From Haliotis cracherodii (taxonomy: Eukaryota): 64,000 nucleotides of DNA. The stretch covers positions 29,264,001-29,328,000 of the forward strand of contig NW_027266343.1 of the NCBI RefSeq assembly GCF_022045235.1. The letters run 5' to 3'. The translations under genes and the position numbers were made by a program. This document shows positions 13,921 to 26,304 of this stretch, one piece after another. The notes beneath the pieces were generated by a model that saw nothing but the letters and a program-made list of their open reading frames with translations, did no database searches and was not told where the DNA came from. Each line of letters starts with the position of its first letter. The stretch's first letter is position 1.

Positions 13921-14198
13921 AAGATACTTTGGGTCAATAATGCCAACAGACAGAAAGCAAAAAACACCATATCTGGGAAAATTCATACAAAGTTTCAGAC
14001 GGGCCTTGTGTAGGAAATATCGAAAATTTGTGGACAAAAATGATGGACAAAGCATCACGACATAATATCATTGAGGATAATTTCAATTTTTCAAATACAA
14101 ACAATAGAGCATATTTGAAATTAAAATGACACCTTTGTAATAATTCACTGAAAAGTTGTCTCCTCCGTAAACTTTATGTATTGCTTTCATGTTTTAAA

Positions 14199-14362
14199 GG
14201 GGCGGTCGGGTAGCCTAGTGGTTAAAGCGTTCGCTCGTCACGCCGAAGACCCGAGTTCGATTCCCGACATGGGTACAATGTGTGAAGCGCATTTCTGGTG
14301 TCCCCCGTCACGATATTGCTGGAATATTACTTAAAGCGGCGTAAAACCATACTCACTTACTT
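14199..14362 (+). mobile_element. Short tRNA-derived SINE (family C; head resembles tRNA-Asp GTC)
   Basis: A box TAGCCTAGTGG and B box GAGTTCGATTCC. 10-bp TSD atgttttaaa at 14189-14198 and 14363-14372. Confidence 0.9.
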
Positions 14363-14819
14363 ATGTTTTAAAAGCAAGATGCCACATGAATTAACACAAC
14401 ACAGACAGCAATATATGAATGTTTAAGCAATATTAATCAAAGCATGTATCTCAAGAGTACTGGACCACATGAGAATTAGGTTCATCTGCCCATCTGGTTA
14501 CGTTAGCCAGATGATCGCGGTCAGACCAAGCACCACAGATCTATGTTCACTCCTCTCCCACAAGCACCTAGCCAACTTGAAGTTTGCCGTCTCCCTCATC
14601 CTGCTGGTCACTGTCGTCGCTATTACACATCTTGGATGCTGCTGTACAAACTGTGTCAAAGAGGAACAACACTCCGCGATCTGTTGTCCATTGAGATCCA
14701 GGCTCTTTAATTTAACATGTGTGAAAATGTAACTAGGTTACATGTTTGAACTAATCCTTTGTCTCTTTAGGGCTCACATCGAATTTGATAACAGAAGAAG
14801 ATTCGGATTAGACACTGTT

Positions 14820-15560
14820 AGAATAGGTCTTCAGCAACCCATGCTTGCCGTGAAAGGCAGCTCTGCTCGTCATAAGAGGCGACTAACAGGATCGGGTGGT
14901 GGGTCTCGCTGACTTGGTTGATGCATGTCATCGTATACACGTTGCGTGGATGATCATGATATCGTCTGGTCCAAACTTGATTATTTACAGATCACAATCA
15001 TATAGCTGGAATATTGCGGAGTGCGGTGTTAAACAACAGACAAACCAACAAAGCATTTCGATAACCCCACATGAAATATGTAGGTTCACCAAAATGCGAG
15101 CTCTTGAGATATGGAGAATGGTTTCTGAATGACTACAATCAAATTTGCTGGTACTGTCAATTGATCTGATTGATATCAAGAACCAATCTTAAGTTGTCAG
15201 GCTGCAATGAAGAGCAATCAACAAATACACCAAGCCTGACCAATTAAACCTTTAAGTCACATCGTATGACAAGCATGGGTTGCTGGTAGCAAGTTCCAAA
15301 CTGGAATCACAGGACTTGACACCTGTGAAGATCTGGGGTAGACTAGGTCTTCAACAATCCATGCTTGCCGTAAAAGGCGACTATGAGGATCGTGTGGTCA
15401 GGCTCGCTGACTTGGTTAATGCATGTCATCGTATCCGAATTGCGTGGATAGATGCTCTTGATGTCAGTCACTGGATTGTCTGGTCCAAACTCAATTATTT
15501 ACAGACCTCCGTCATATAGCTGGAATATTGCTGAGTGCAGTGATAAAAAACAAACAAACA
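14820..15560 (+). mobile_element. Two family B SINE-like copies (~14820-15050, ~15320-15560)
   Basis: Match the family B consensus, including the 3' gctggaatattgctgagtgc tail. Confidence 0.85.
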
Positions 15561-16438
15561 TACAGAAGGGTTATGTGTCCCGATCTGCTGCTGTTGACTG
15601 CATTCTTTGTACATGAATTCCAGGCAAAACATGGAAATATATGGAGTTTAAGAGGCCTATCTTTAATTTATAAATTCTTGGTGCAAGAGAGCAAAGCATT
15701 TAGACAAGCATACATGATTCTGCATCTCTAAACAAACATAACTGGGGAATCTGAGTGCAGAAACATAAAGCCACACTATTTTACTGTTGAGGGTATTTTA
15801 TACATCCATGGAATCTACATCCATAGAGGTATATGTGTGTTCTATTTTCTTTTGCTAAGATTGAAATTTGCAAATCAAGGTGGTAAAGAAATTAAGCAGA
15901 ATTGTTTCAGAAGCTAACATTTGATTGTATAATTAGACTGGGCATTCAAACCCTCGCTCACCTGACACCACCTGCTATGGAGCACACATATCAACCTACA
16001 AATTATCAGCAGTCATACGGAGCAAGGCTTTCCAAAGCCCCTAAATACTGGGCACAAATTATTAATATATAATATTCCTTTTCTTCTGTATTAAGATTGA
16101 AAAACAACCAAGATCCAGTCCAGTTTCATTTCATCCATTTACTAAGAAATATACAAACATTGTCGACATTGTAAAAGAATCTACAAGCACACATCACAGG
16201 ACCTTCATTTTTTACTCATTAATTGTAAACCATTCAAGACTTTAAAGAATAGCCTTACAAGTTACATCCATACACATTCATTTCAAATTATGTCTTGTAT
16301 AACATGACTATGTACATCATGTAGAAAGTTGGCTGACTGCTAGTTACAAAATGCATCCACAGCAACATGACTGAAACAAAAAATATGTTCCATCACTGTT
16401 CATTATTGTTTTGCCGTTATAACAAGCAACAGAAACCA

Positions 16439-18497
16439 TCAATCCCATCTGGACGTCCGCTTTCTTGTTGACAATGTTCCATCTGGATTCATAGCAGCAT
16501 AGGTGTTGTTTTTCTCATCAGCTTGCTTCATGTAAAACATGTAGCCCACACAGGTAAGAAATGTTGCCAAGCCCGTAAACATCACAAACTTGTTCTAAGA
16601 CAAAACAAAAACATGATATTATGAAGTATCCATCTACAAACATGACAAATAGCTTATCATGTACATTGACCTTGAAGTTGGAATTAAAAATGGCATGTAT
16701 AAATCTGATGGCCTACCTTTAGAATACAGTACCACAAACTTTTCAAACACGTGATCATACCCTATGACGTAATTTGTTGCCAGTCACACCGGCGAAACAA
16801 TGCCCTGTGACGTCAGGGGTCATCGAGTGTGCATAAGCTCCTCCCAGTGATCTATCTTCTCTACACGAAGCTGTGGAGAGTTTTGAATATTTGTTTACTG
16901 AATATAGCCTGCGGCAGCGCATTTTATAGCAAGCGCTAGTTTACAAAAGCACTTTTATTTTTTATTTATTTTTTATTTCGTTTTTCTCGTAATTCAAGTG
17001 TCTAAAAGGGTTATAAATGGGATCTAATATACACATATTATTTTTTCGGTGCATTAATTTTCATTATTATGCAAAAGAATGTAGTTTGTTAGGGATATTT
17101 AGTGGTGCTGAACACATCCAAATGTCGCCAGTGTTAGGGTAGGTTACTCCAAACTCTATCCTTAGCCCTTGGATCCCCTTTACGATAATTCACCCCTTTA
17201 CGATCATTAGGGTTAGGAACCCGTTTAGTGGCTATTAGATTACCCTAGGTCTATCCTTAACCCTTGGATCCCCTTTACGATCAATCACCCCTTTACGATC
17301 ATTAGGGTTAGGGGCTAGGTACTCGTTTAGTGGCTATTATAGATTATATAGGGGCTCCTTATATTCTTCCCACAAAAACGTCGAGTAAAAAGGATGAAAT
17401 GGTTTTGTGTCGAATATTTTGGCAACTGGAAACTGTCCCGGAACATTCACAAAAGCCACTTTCACCGGCTACATTTTTCAGTACTGATTCAAAAGCGAAC
17501 TCACCGTTGTGTCGTCACTAGTCATGCTTATTCCTCCATCGTTCCTTACTTTTATCCACATCATCCTTACAGTGTTCCCTACCACACTTTTCTGTCACAA
17601 AAATCACCCGACGAATTTTTAAATACCATATCATTCATGCGCACTCGCGAGATCGACGTCTGACGTCTGACGCCTGGAGCCGTTTTCAGTTCGCAGCATA
17701 TCGGCTCATTCCTCACCACCCGGTTTCTTGTAGATTACGGAATGTGACGAGTGTGCCAAATGGCATCGGGATCATTCGTAAGTGTCCGTAGACTAAAGTC
17801 ACGAGACACCATGCCCACCTGTAACCTTCGTAAGTGTCCGTCACCTATTCGACCCTTTTCGTTCAGTTCCGTAACATCATAGGCTTGACTAGATAGATTT
17901 GCACTAAGTTTAACAGTGTGGACGTAGCTCAGTCGGTTAGCTGTCAGGCTAATAATCCGAAGGTCGCGGGTTCGCGTCCGACGGATTCTCACTAAAACTG
18001 GTTGCTTGTCTTGTGACATGTGACCTTCGGCAGAGATCGTCCTCACGAGAAGTTGTGGTACTGTATTCTAAAGGTGCTCCAATCTGATAGCTGTCAAAAA
18101 ATGCTTTATTTTTATGTAGCGATTGATATGTGATGTGGTATATAGGAGTCAAACAGTTATATAGAATCAGCTTGACATAACTATGAGAGATATTTATTTT
18201 GTTCATCCATATTGATCAGTTTGGTGTCAAATAAATCATAAACATGGCCAGGACGATCAGCTGATGATAGACTTGTAGTCCGTGTGATGAAATATGGAAT
18301 GGATTTGAAATTTCCATCAAAATACTGCTTTTACTTACAGGACGTGCATAAAGCTCAAAGTTTACAGTTCGAAATAGTGATGTTGAATCCAGTTTGCGAG
18401 CACCAGGATCGCGTATCTTGAACAATTCTTTAACTTTTGAATCTGACTCAGGTGGCACATTTTCTTTCGACATTTTGTCTGCTATGGGAGTACTCAT
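16439..18497 (-). CDS. SMIM8: Small integral membrane protein 8 (SMIM8/C6orf162 family), 104 aa; exons 18497-18339 and 16594-16439
   Basis: Exon 1 MSTPIADK...PGARKLDSTSLFRTVNFELYARP ends at a gtaagt donor. Exon 2 follows tcttag: NKFVMFTGLATFLTCVGYMFYMKQADEKNNTYAAMNPDGTLSTRKRTSRWD*. This matches recalled SMIM8 hallmarks (LFRAVNPELFIKPNKPVM, one TM segment, C-terminal RKTSKWD). Confidence 0.93.
17155..17345. repeat. Two ~95-bp direct repeats inside the TIR element, each containing TTAGGGTTAG
   Basis: tctatcctta(g/a)cccttggatcccc...cgatcattagggttagg...cgtttagtggctatta occurs twice. Confidence 0.85.
17918..17993 (+). pseudogene. tRNA-Ile(AAT)-like sequence (degenerate tRNA or SINE head) inside the TIR element
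   Basis: TAGCTCAGTCGGTTAG A box/D arm, CT-AAT-AA anticodon loop, AAGGTCGCGGGTTCG variable/T arm. The acceptor and T stems pair poorly. Confidence 0.65.
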
Positions 18498-18985
18498 TGT
18501 AAAAGGACAAAAAGATAAAGAGAAGTGATTTAATGTTTTAATAATACGTTAAAGAAGATACGAAACCTTTCACTTAGTTCATATCTTTTAATTATAATAT
18601 ATTTAGATGACAATTACAAAACCAAATAAAATATTTTTATTGAACAAGATACCAGCAATGACACGTCCCTAGTTCAGTGCTCTTTAGAATCGGAGTTAGA
18701 AAACGGTGTTAACTTCCGGGGTACAATTTATGAGGCGTATTTTCTTGTACAATCTATCTTTGTAGGATTAAGTGATACAAAAATGATCATATGTGAAAAA
18801 ACAAAGTCGCGTATTTAAATAGTATCGTAACAGGAGAATTTCAAAGATAATTTATAATCATTAAGTCTGGCGGTCATCAGTTATCAACGGTGAATAGGTG
18901 AACGTGGGTTCTCATTCGGATTATTTAGCGGTGCTTGTTTGTCAGGATCTATTTTGAGACATTTGTATGAATAAGATAATTTGCT
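18498..18985. promoter_or_regulatory. Putative bidirectional promoter between SMIM8 and C10orf88
   Basis: The divergent ATGs are separated by only 488 bp. ETS/GABP motif ACTTCCGG at 18712-18719. Confidence 0.65.
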
Positions 18986-21900
18986 ATGGCAGAATACTGC
19001 GATATCCAGTTTGATTGGGATTGTGATAGGGATCCTAACTCCATCATTGATTACTTTCAAGAAAATGACGAGAAAGACAAGAAGTATGGGTAAGTGAATA
19101 TTTTCAAAAGGCTGTGGCGAAGTGTTGATTGCAAGATACTGGGAAGGCCTATATTATAATTTGCCTGGATTGTGAGTATATAGACAATATAACTGCCTAA
19201 TTGTCATGTTCTTGCCTATGAACCCATAGAAATCCTGACCGCCGCAGTAAGGACTAACTACATGTTAGGTCAACACAGTTAAAATTCTTTAAATGTGTCC
19301 TATCCTCATGGTGGTGTTTGCCATCTGCAGAGTAGGCAGACTACATACAACATACATATAAAATGATGTAATGACTGACTGTGGGTACTAGCATGAGCTA
19401 GGGAAAACCCCTTACTATTAATAGTGTACACAACACTACCTTTCCCCCTTGTAAAACAGGTAGCCCCTAATGACCAGCAATGAGTCTACATTGTCTAGCC
19501 CTTGTAATATCTGATGCATCACTTGCTGAAACATAACAGGTGCTGTCAAAATTCCAAAAGACAATCCCAGGTACTCATACATGCCCTTGTGAGTGTTGAT
19601 GACTAGTAGAGTAGAATAGGAGTTTACTTCCTTCTGTCAACTCTAACTGTAGACCTACCTGTACGCATTTGTCAAATCTAACTTTGTAAAGCATTTGGCC
19701 CCCGACATCATGCTCAGCAAGTTTTTCTACAACAGGTATATGTTCTCTTCTAGTACTGGGTTTACAGTGACTTTGTTGTTGTCCCCACAGACCCTAATAT
19801 CTTTGTTTGCTTTTGGTACAATAACAATAGGCGTAGCCCAATCTGACCTTTCAATTTTCTTTAGGATCCCTTCTTTAATCATGTTAATTCTTTCTCAAAG
19901 GCATTTTTCAGAACATATGGCACCGGCCGTGCTCTCATGCATTTAGGTGAACTCTCTGGTTTCACTCAAATGTCAGCTTTAAATTCTTTCATAATTCCCT
20001 CCCTTTGGAAGTCTGACGTGTACGAATTTGTCTCTCTGTCATCCAAAGCAGCCCACAAATTACAATGTCTTGTTATTAATAGTGTACACAACACTACACT
20101 TATCATGCTAATGTCCGAATGGAGGAGGGCCTCACAATTTAATCATTTTCTCATCCTCCGGACATGAGTATTTTTCTTAGACTACCCAGGTGGCAGTCAA
20201 GACTTGTTTGATCAATCATATCAATCTAGCAGTTGATGATAACCTTAAGTACACAGAGACGTTTATGTGTATTTTTACAGTTACACATACCCTGACACGT
20301 TCCTATGTATACATGAAACCTAAGACAAGAATGCATGTAAATCTTCAGACATCAGCATTATGAAAAAGATACATTGTCATTCAGTATGTTTTTCTGCATT
20401 TTCAGTGAAAGCAAGCATGACATGATACATTTCCTTTGTTTCAGCCTTGAATCCTTTTCTTTCCCTAGTAAGCTGGAAGTGTTCAAAGGAGCTGATGATG
20501 AGAGCAGTAACTGTCACTTGACAATCCGATGCAAGTCTGTGTACCATGTTGGAATAACAGGTGTCCAGATTGTCAGTGAATCTCGGAACATGGAAGTCTA
20601 TGGACAAACTGAAGGATACATGCATACAATCCGAGGAAAGTCAGTTCCCAATTCTGAAGATGATACCCACTATTTTATCTCAAATTTGCCTACACAAGAA
20701 CCAACAAACTGCCTTACCTTTAAGGTAAACTTCAAGTATTTTATCATCCCTTTTGTCAAAATAGCTGGGCTGAGTGAAAGCAAGTAACATAGGACTCCAG
20801 TCGCCACAATGGCTTCTGTCTATGACAGCACAGTTAATCCTACCGATCAAGTAATTAATTAAAAATAACCTAAAAGAAATAGTTCCGGAAGTAATTGCAT
20901 TTGCTGTGAAAGAAAATATGAAAAATACCTGGCTTCCCTATTGAAATCTTTACATTCTTTTATAATGATCTTTAATTTTTTATATGAAGAAATGTCAGAT
21001 ATGTTAACAGTCTGTGACTGTAGACGCTAGTCTGAAGTCGGTGTCTAGTAAAATATCTTCTGGTGTTATAAGATCAGCTGGTGCTAGTTGATATGCTAAG
21101 ACTTATGTTTGCCAAAATGCCAAAATACAAGTTCAGACTAGTAGACTGAAGGCCCGTGAAGATCCGGGGTAGAATAGGTCTTCAGCAACCCATGCTTGCC
21201 GTAAAAGGCGACTAACAGGATCGGTTGGTCAGGCTCGCTGACTTTGTTGATGCCGTATCCCAATTGCATGGATTGATGCTCATGATGTCAATCACTGGAT
21301 TGTCTGGCCCAGACTCGATTATTTACAGACTGCCGTCATAGCTGGAATATTGCTGAGTGCATGTTAAGCAACAAACAAACAAATAAAGAATAGACTGAAA
21401 TGTTATCATTGGTTATTGGAACAGACTGTGTTAAGAATGTTCAAAACAAAAATGGAATGAGACGTACATAGAAATGAGGTGTTATTACATGTATTCCAAG
21501 AACTACTATGAATAGAAACCTCCTAAACAAACTAGACACCAGTTACCCCCTTATATGCACTATATAAAAGTATTAATGCATGTATATCTTGTATATCAAA
21601 CTATATTACATCAACATTGAAAGGTATTGTACATGAAATGACAAGCAAACTGGATGTATTACTGGCAGATTTGACAGTGATAATACAAGTCTACTACTTT
21701 GCAGTGTTTGAAACTAGGAAAAAACAAACCAGGATTACACTTATTAATAAATCTTGAGAAAAAAACATTGATACTGTCTTAAAGCAGTTTACCATCAAGT
21801 TATTTTCAGAAATGATGTATTGGATAGAAATGGTAAAATTGATAAAAATATCAACCTATATCATTGTATATCAGTTCATGATGTGTCTCAGCCGTGTCAT

Positions 21901-24830
21901 ACTAAGAGAGTTAAAAGATGGTACTTGTAGTGTACTGTGTCTGATTGGGGTATTCATGTTAAACTGCAGCATGGTATCTATGTAGGCTAGCACAAAAAAA
22001 ATCAGTATTAGCACGCACGCACGCACGCACGCACACTTTTCACATTTCTTTACAAATGAAAGAGGCTGTGGACATGGTGATTTGCACCATATCTATTACT
22101 CCCAGTAGATAAAATTCTGGTATGTATGATAAAATATGATAATGTAAAAGGAATTGTAATGCAAAACAGAGAACATAGACTAGGACAGTATGCTGATGAC
22201 TAGGGCTCTGACGGGTACTCAGGTACCTGTATTTGATAACGGATCAGGATTTGTCATGTACCCAAACAAAAGGGGATATTATAACTGTAATTTTATGAAG
22301 GTTCTGATGGGTTGTAATCACATTTCTAAAAATGTAAGGAGGAAGTCTATATGCAGTCAGTGCCTGGAGGTGCTAATGTGTATGACCTTTATAATGTTAG
22401 TTTGAATTAATTTGATCAATACTGTTGCAAATATTCGGAAAGCCTCCTGACTTATTCTTCCAAATGTATTCATGTAATATTGCACTGGAAGAACATGAGA
22501 TACACTAAAGTAACGAAAGACATTTGATTTGTTATTGCAGTTCCTGTCACTGAAAGACAGAGCCTCATTCCTGATCAAGCGCCTGCAGATAACTCTTACC
22601 CAGATGGCGCCGCCTGACAGTTCCACTCAGATGGACATCGGTAAACTGAGGAATCATGTGAAAGAACTAGGAGATAAAGTCTCAGACAAAGCAAAGTCTC
22701 TCCTGGACACCATGGAACAGTATCAAAATGTAATCTAAATAACTGTAGTTAACAAGATTTTCTAGAACTCTATGCTGAACTGTGAGAACACTGTCACCCA
22801 TGCGTGATGCACATGAAATTTGTTTCCCTGTGCATTTCACACGTGCACCATGCACTCTTTGTCTTGATGATAGTGAACATGTCATTGTTGATCATTGATA
22901 ATTCCACATAATTTCTTCCATGTTGTTGTGATAGAAGACTATATTTATTAGTCTTTACTGCAGAATCCTGTTTGCGCATCTTTTTTTCTAACATTGTCTT
23001 TTCATCAAGGTACATGATGCGAAATAAAAGAAATGTTCTGTCATTGCCAAGTTGTGTTTACTAACCGCTAACAATTCAATTATTCAATGCACAGTCATAG
23101 ACAAAGGACCTATGATTTATATATATACTCACCACCAAAAGAAACAAGACCATAGAAACATTTAGAGAAGAATGTACATTAAGAAGAGATGTTTCCAATG
23201 TGTGCCAACTACTGACAAAACTAACAATCAGTCAAGTGTTACCATACAGTGACTTTATTCTTATCACGATATACTGCACATGATTTCCAAGCCATACATG
23301 CTAATCCTGCACGAGAAAAATGGTGCATCTCGAGTCACGGATGTATGACATCATTTTTATGAGCGTCGGTTCACACAACATACTAGTATGTTCGTTTGAG
23401 TATTGTCTCTTGAATATGAGTAATTCTTTACATATTAACCAACATGTATGGCATTCACATTTCTTTTGGTAGTGTTGTTTATAAGTACTTGTATATTAAT
23501 AAGCACTGTTGATTTCAGAATCAGCGGGGTGCGCTAGACAATGTTCGAAGCATGATCTCTGAGAGCTCATTGCCGCCTGACAAAGAATCCTCATTATCTG
23601 GCATGGCTGGTCTGTTGTCCATGTTTTCCAAGATGAACACCAGCATGCCGAGGAATCCGTCCAGTGTTCCGATGGGGGACAACGGTACAAACAACCCCAG
23701 TGACTTGGCTGGGAATCTGTTGACTCATATGTCCATGAGTCAGAACGGAGACAGTTTACACAGCGATGACATGTACAAGTTTCTACAGTCAGTCTGCGGG
23801 AGAGTGTCCAAACTGCGGCACACTGAAAATACAAACCCAGGGATAATTCCAACCAACAGGTTTGTATGTTGTTTTATAACGTGAAATGATCATGTTGAAA
23901 GATCGGTGTCTGGAATGATTTGTTGAGCATGAATGTCAAGTGATTATCTTTGTAGACTACCATTCTTTACATACTTTTTATGTAGATGGCAATTTAACAA
24001 ACCATTTTTGTGGATTAGTCAAAATGAAAAATAATGTCTTACCCTGTTATTACTCTTATGTACAACTAAAACTTTAATTGTTCACACAACAGGGCTTTAA
24101 TTAGCTATATAAAACATGCACAAGTGCAACCCATTATTGAAGAATGCATCCGAATATTTATGTCATCATACAGCAAGTGCATGTCAAAAAAGAAAAAAAA
24201 TGTACTTGTTGTTACCCTGCCTGGTGCTCAGCTTTAACAGGAGTTCAGTATAATGTATCTGAGTGGGACATCAATGTTAAACTGCAGCATGGTATCTCAG
24301 TGGGTTAGTTAGACACAATTTTATGGATAACAACTTCTTCCACAAAATTGTGTCTACCTTGTCATCCGTCAACTTCTAAGTAATGCCTATCAAACAATTT
24401 CTCAGTGGGTTTGCGATATAAATCTGGCATTAGTCTGGACTAGTTCAAGTTGCCCCACACACAACATGTGCATGCACATTGCTATATAAGTGCAATAATC
24501 TTGGACACACCATTCAACCCCACTCCACCTCACCTCTCACTTTATCAATATCAGGACAGTTTATTATTCTATTACAGTGACGTCCCAGCAACACAGAACC
24601 ACGTGGACCCAGCTGTTCTGGAGGAAGTGTCAAAACAAATCCATTCAGCTGAAGAACGGATCCTGACTCAGGTACAGCAACAGATGTCGGACATGGAAGC
24701 TAGGTTGAACAACAAGATGGACAGAATACTGCAGCTGTTGTCTCCTGCTGAAGAATCTATATCCGAATCGGAGGAAGAACCAGATTCCCCAGACAAAAAC
24801 CCATCACCACAAGCTATAGACTTGGACTAA
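18986..24830 (+). CDS. C10orf88: C10orf88/PAAT (DUF4506) homolog; exons 18986-19089, 20469-20724, 22541-22729, 23519-23859, 24578-24830
   Basis: All introns are GT-AG with consistent phases (2,0,0,2). Motifs [54 protein letters not shown] and [12 protein letters not shown], plus a C-terminal coiled coil, correspond to recalled human C10orf88 motifs (ILSSARNMEVY...SRGKNV; IDLDKVQTIMESMGSKLSPGAQQLMDM; FLQNLCSQVNHL). Confidence 0.9.
19202..20098 (-). mobile_element. Internally deleted Gypsy LTR retrotransposon remnant (RT fragment, PPT, LTR pieces) in C10orf88 intron 1
   Basis: The minus strand encodes broken RT: [79 protein letters not shown] 24-bp direct repeat lies at ~19416-19439 and ~20074-20097. 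PPT AAGGGGGAAA at 19441-19450. Flanks ctaat/cttat. Confidence 0.85.
21152..21385 (+). mobile_element. Near full-length family B SINE-like copy
   Basis: Runs from cccgtgaagatccggggtagaataggtcttcagc to the caacaaacaaac tail. tagactgaa occurs on both sides (possible TSD). Confidence 0.85.
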
Positions 24831-25330
24831 TCCTCATTTGTTACCTGAAAGACCAAATGGTTCTGAGAACAAATTACTTAAGGAATGGTGTTGCATCGTT
24901 CAAATTGTCCAGATGGAGAAAGAGCTTTGTTCCTACTCATCATCCCATCAGTGTCTAGAAACAGAGCATTGTAAGTTGTAATTATGGAAGGTGGTGAGAT
25001 TATCAGGTCTCTGTACATAGTTTCAAGTGTGTCGTTGATCCTAGCAGATGTACAAACTACTATCAGAACAAACTGAATGTTGGACTGGACACTGCATTAT
25101 TACATGACATGGTCACTTGGCTGCAGATATCATCAGTGATAATGGCATAACACATTTTTAGCATTTTGTATATTTTGTATATTTTGCATATTTTGCACCC
25201 ATACCATGGGGAATATTAGGAATGGTATCAGGCCTACTACATCGTCAATACATCACGGTTTTGTATGCTCTTTCATCCTCCATCACCCTTGAATACATAT
25301 GGCCTCTTTGTAGTGTAGTCTAATGCATTG

Positions 25331-25756
25331 CAGGGCTCGATTTAGCTATATGAACATGACCAGTGCAACCTGTTAGTGAAAAATGAGACCTAATATTTGT
25401 CAACATGCACCATTACAAACTGATAGTTCTCACAACATTGAAATTGAACACATTACTGCTAAGCTTCATGTACCATAATATACCACTTAGCCTTGTGTTG
25501 TGCGTCATTTGCCATGCTTTGTTGGGCTTGACATCATCAAACTGTTGACACTTAAAGATTGTGTGCACATGCTTCAGTAAAGTTTTACAGCAATACGTCC
25601 TTAATTTACTGACTGGCTGAAAACCGGCTTTTGTTGCAACTTTGATAAATTTATGGGATCAGGGTCCAATCTGTTTTTTTCTGGTGCAAGTCGGCTTTCA
25701 TGTCAGCATGTATCTGCTACAAGTTAAATCCTGTTCCTTAGTTAAACCAAGCCCTG
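25331..25756. mobile_element. MITE-like element with CAGGG termini (partial relative at ~24090-24180)
   Basis: Imperfect TIRs cagggctcgatttagcta / tagttaaaccaagccctg. No clear 8-bp TSD. Confidence 0.55.
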
Positions 25757-26304
25757 CGTTGCCTATAGAGTGTATATGCAATGTTCCATCCTCACTCATG
25801 GATACACAGGACCAGTCTGTAGTTGCTATGTTTAAACAAAGGCCTAGATCAGCCAACAGGAAGCCAGCTAGTCCTCAGACAAATCAACACTCAACTTCCT
25901 CCCATGGAAACGTGTCATCAAGTGCCACACCCTTGCAACCTCTACTCCACACATTGCCTCAGTGGTAGGCATCATGAATGTCAATGTGTGGAGTAGGGAT
26001 TATAAATGGCCTCATTTAGGTGACATGCTTACACCACCCAGCCACCATGTTTTCAAAGGTGTGTACAAGCATGTGAAGTTTTGACAATGGATCTTATGAG
26101 ATCAGACATATTATTTATGAGCTGCTGTGGTTAATGAAACCAATATTGTGTACTTTGAACATGTGAAGAAGCTGTTTACGTTTCAAATACATGTAAATTC
26201 TTTTCATTTGAGTGAAAGATAGGTGTTATAGTACTTTGACAATGGCTCTTAAAACTGTTCAAAACTGTTTTGAGTTGATAGTTTAGCAATTTAAGTGTTT
26301 ACTT

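Larger units (their letters stand above)
16710..18080. mobile_element. Non-autonomous DNA transposon in the SMIM8 intron: ~28-bp TIRs with GG...CC termini and an 8-bp TSD (Merlin- or MULE-like)
   Basis: Perfect 23-bp inverted repeat acctttagaatacagtaccacaa at 16715-16737 and 18053-18075. TSD aatctgat at 16702-16709 and 18081-18088. Confidence 0.85.

Noticed and set aside
14199-14270. tRNA-Asp gene (likewise the tRNA-like heads at 40627 and 59227)
   Set aside because: These are SINE heads: each is followed by a shared body and tail, and the 14199 and 59227 copies are flanked by TSDs.
17135-17315. Interstitial telomere
   Set aside because: Only 1-2 TTAGGG units occur per site, inside a transposon's internal repeat.
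17918-17993. Functional tRNA-Ile gene
   Set aside because: The acceptor and T stems do not pair properly and the B box is degenerate, so it is listed as tRNA-like only.
22775-23375. Possible old MITE in C10orf88 intron 3
   Set aside because: Weak inverted similarity is visible, but the ends and TSD are too degenerate to support a call.
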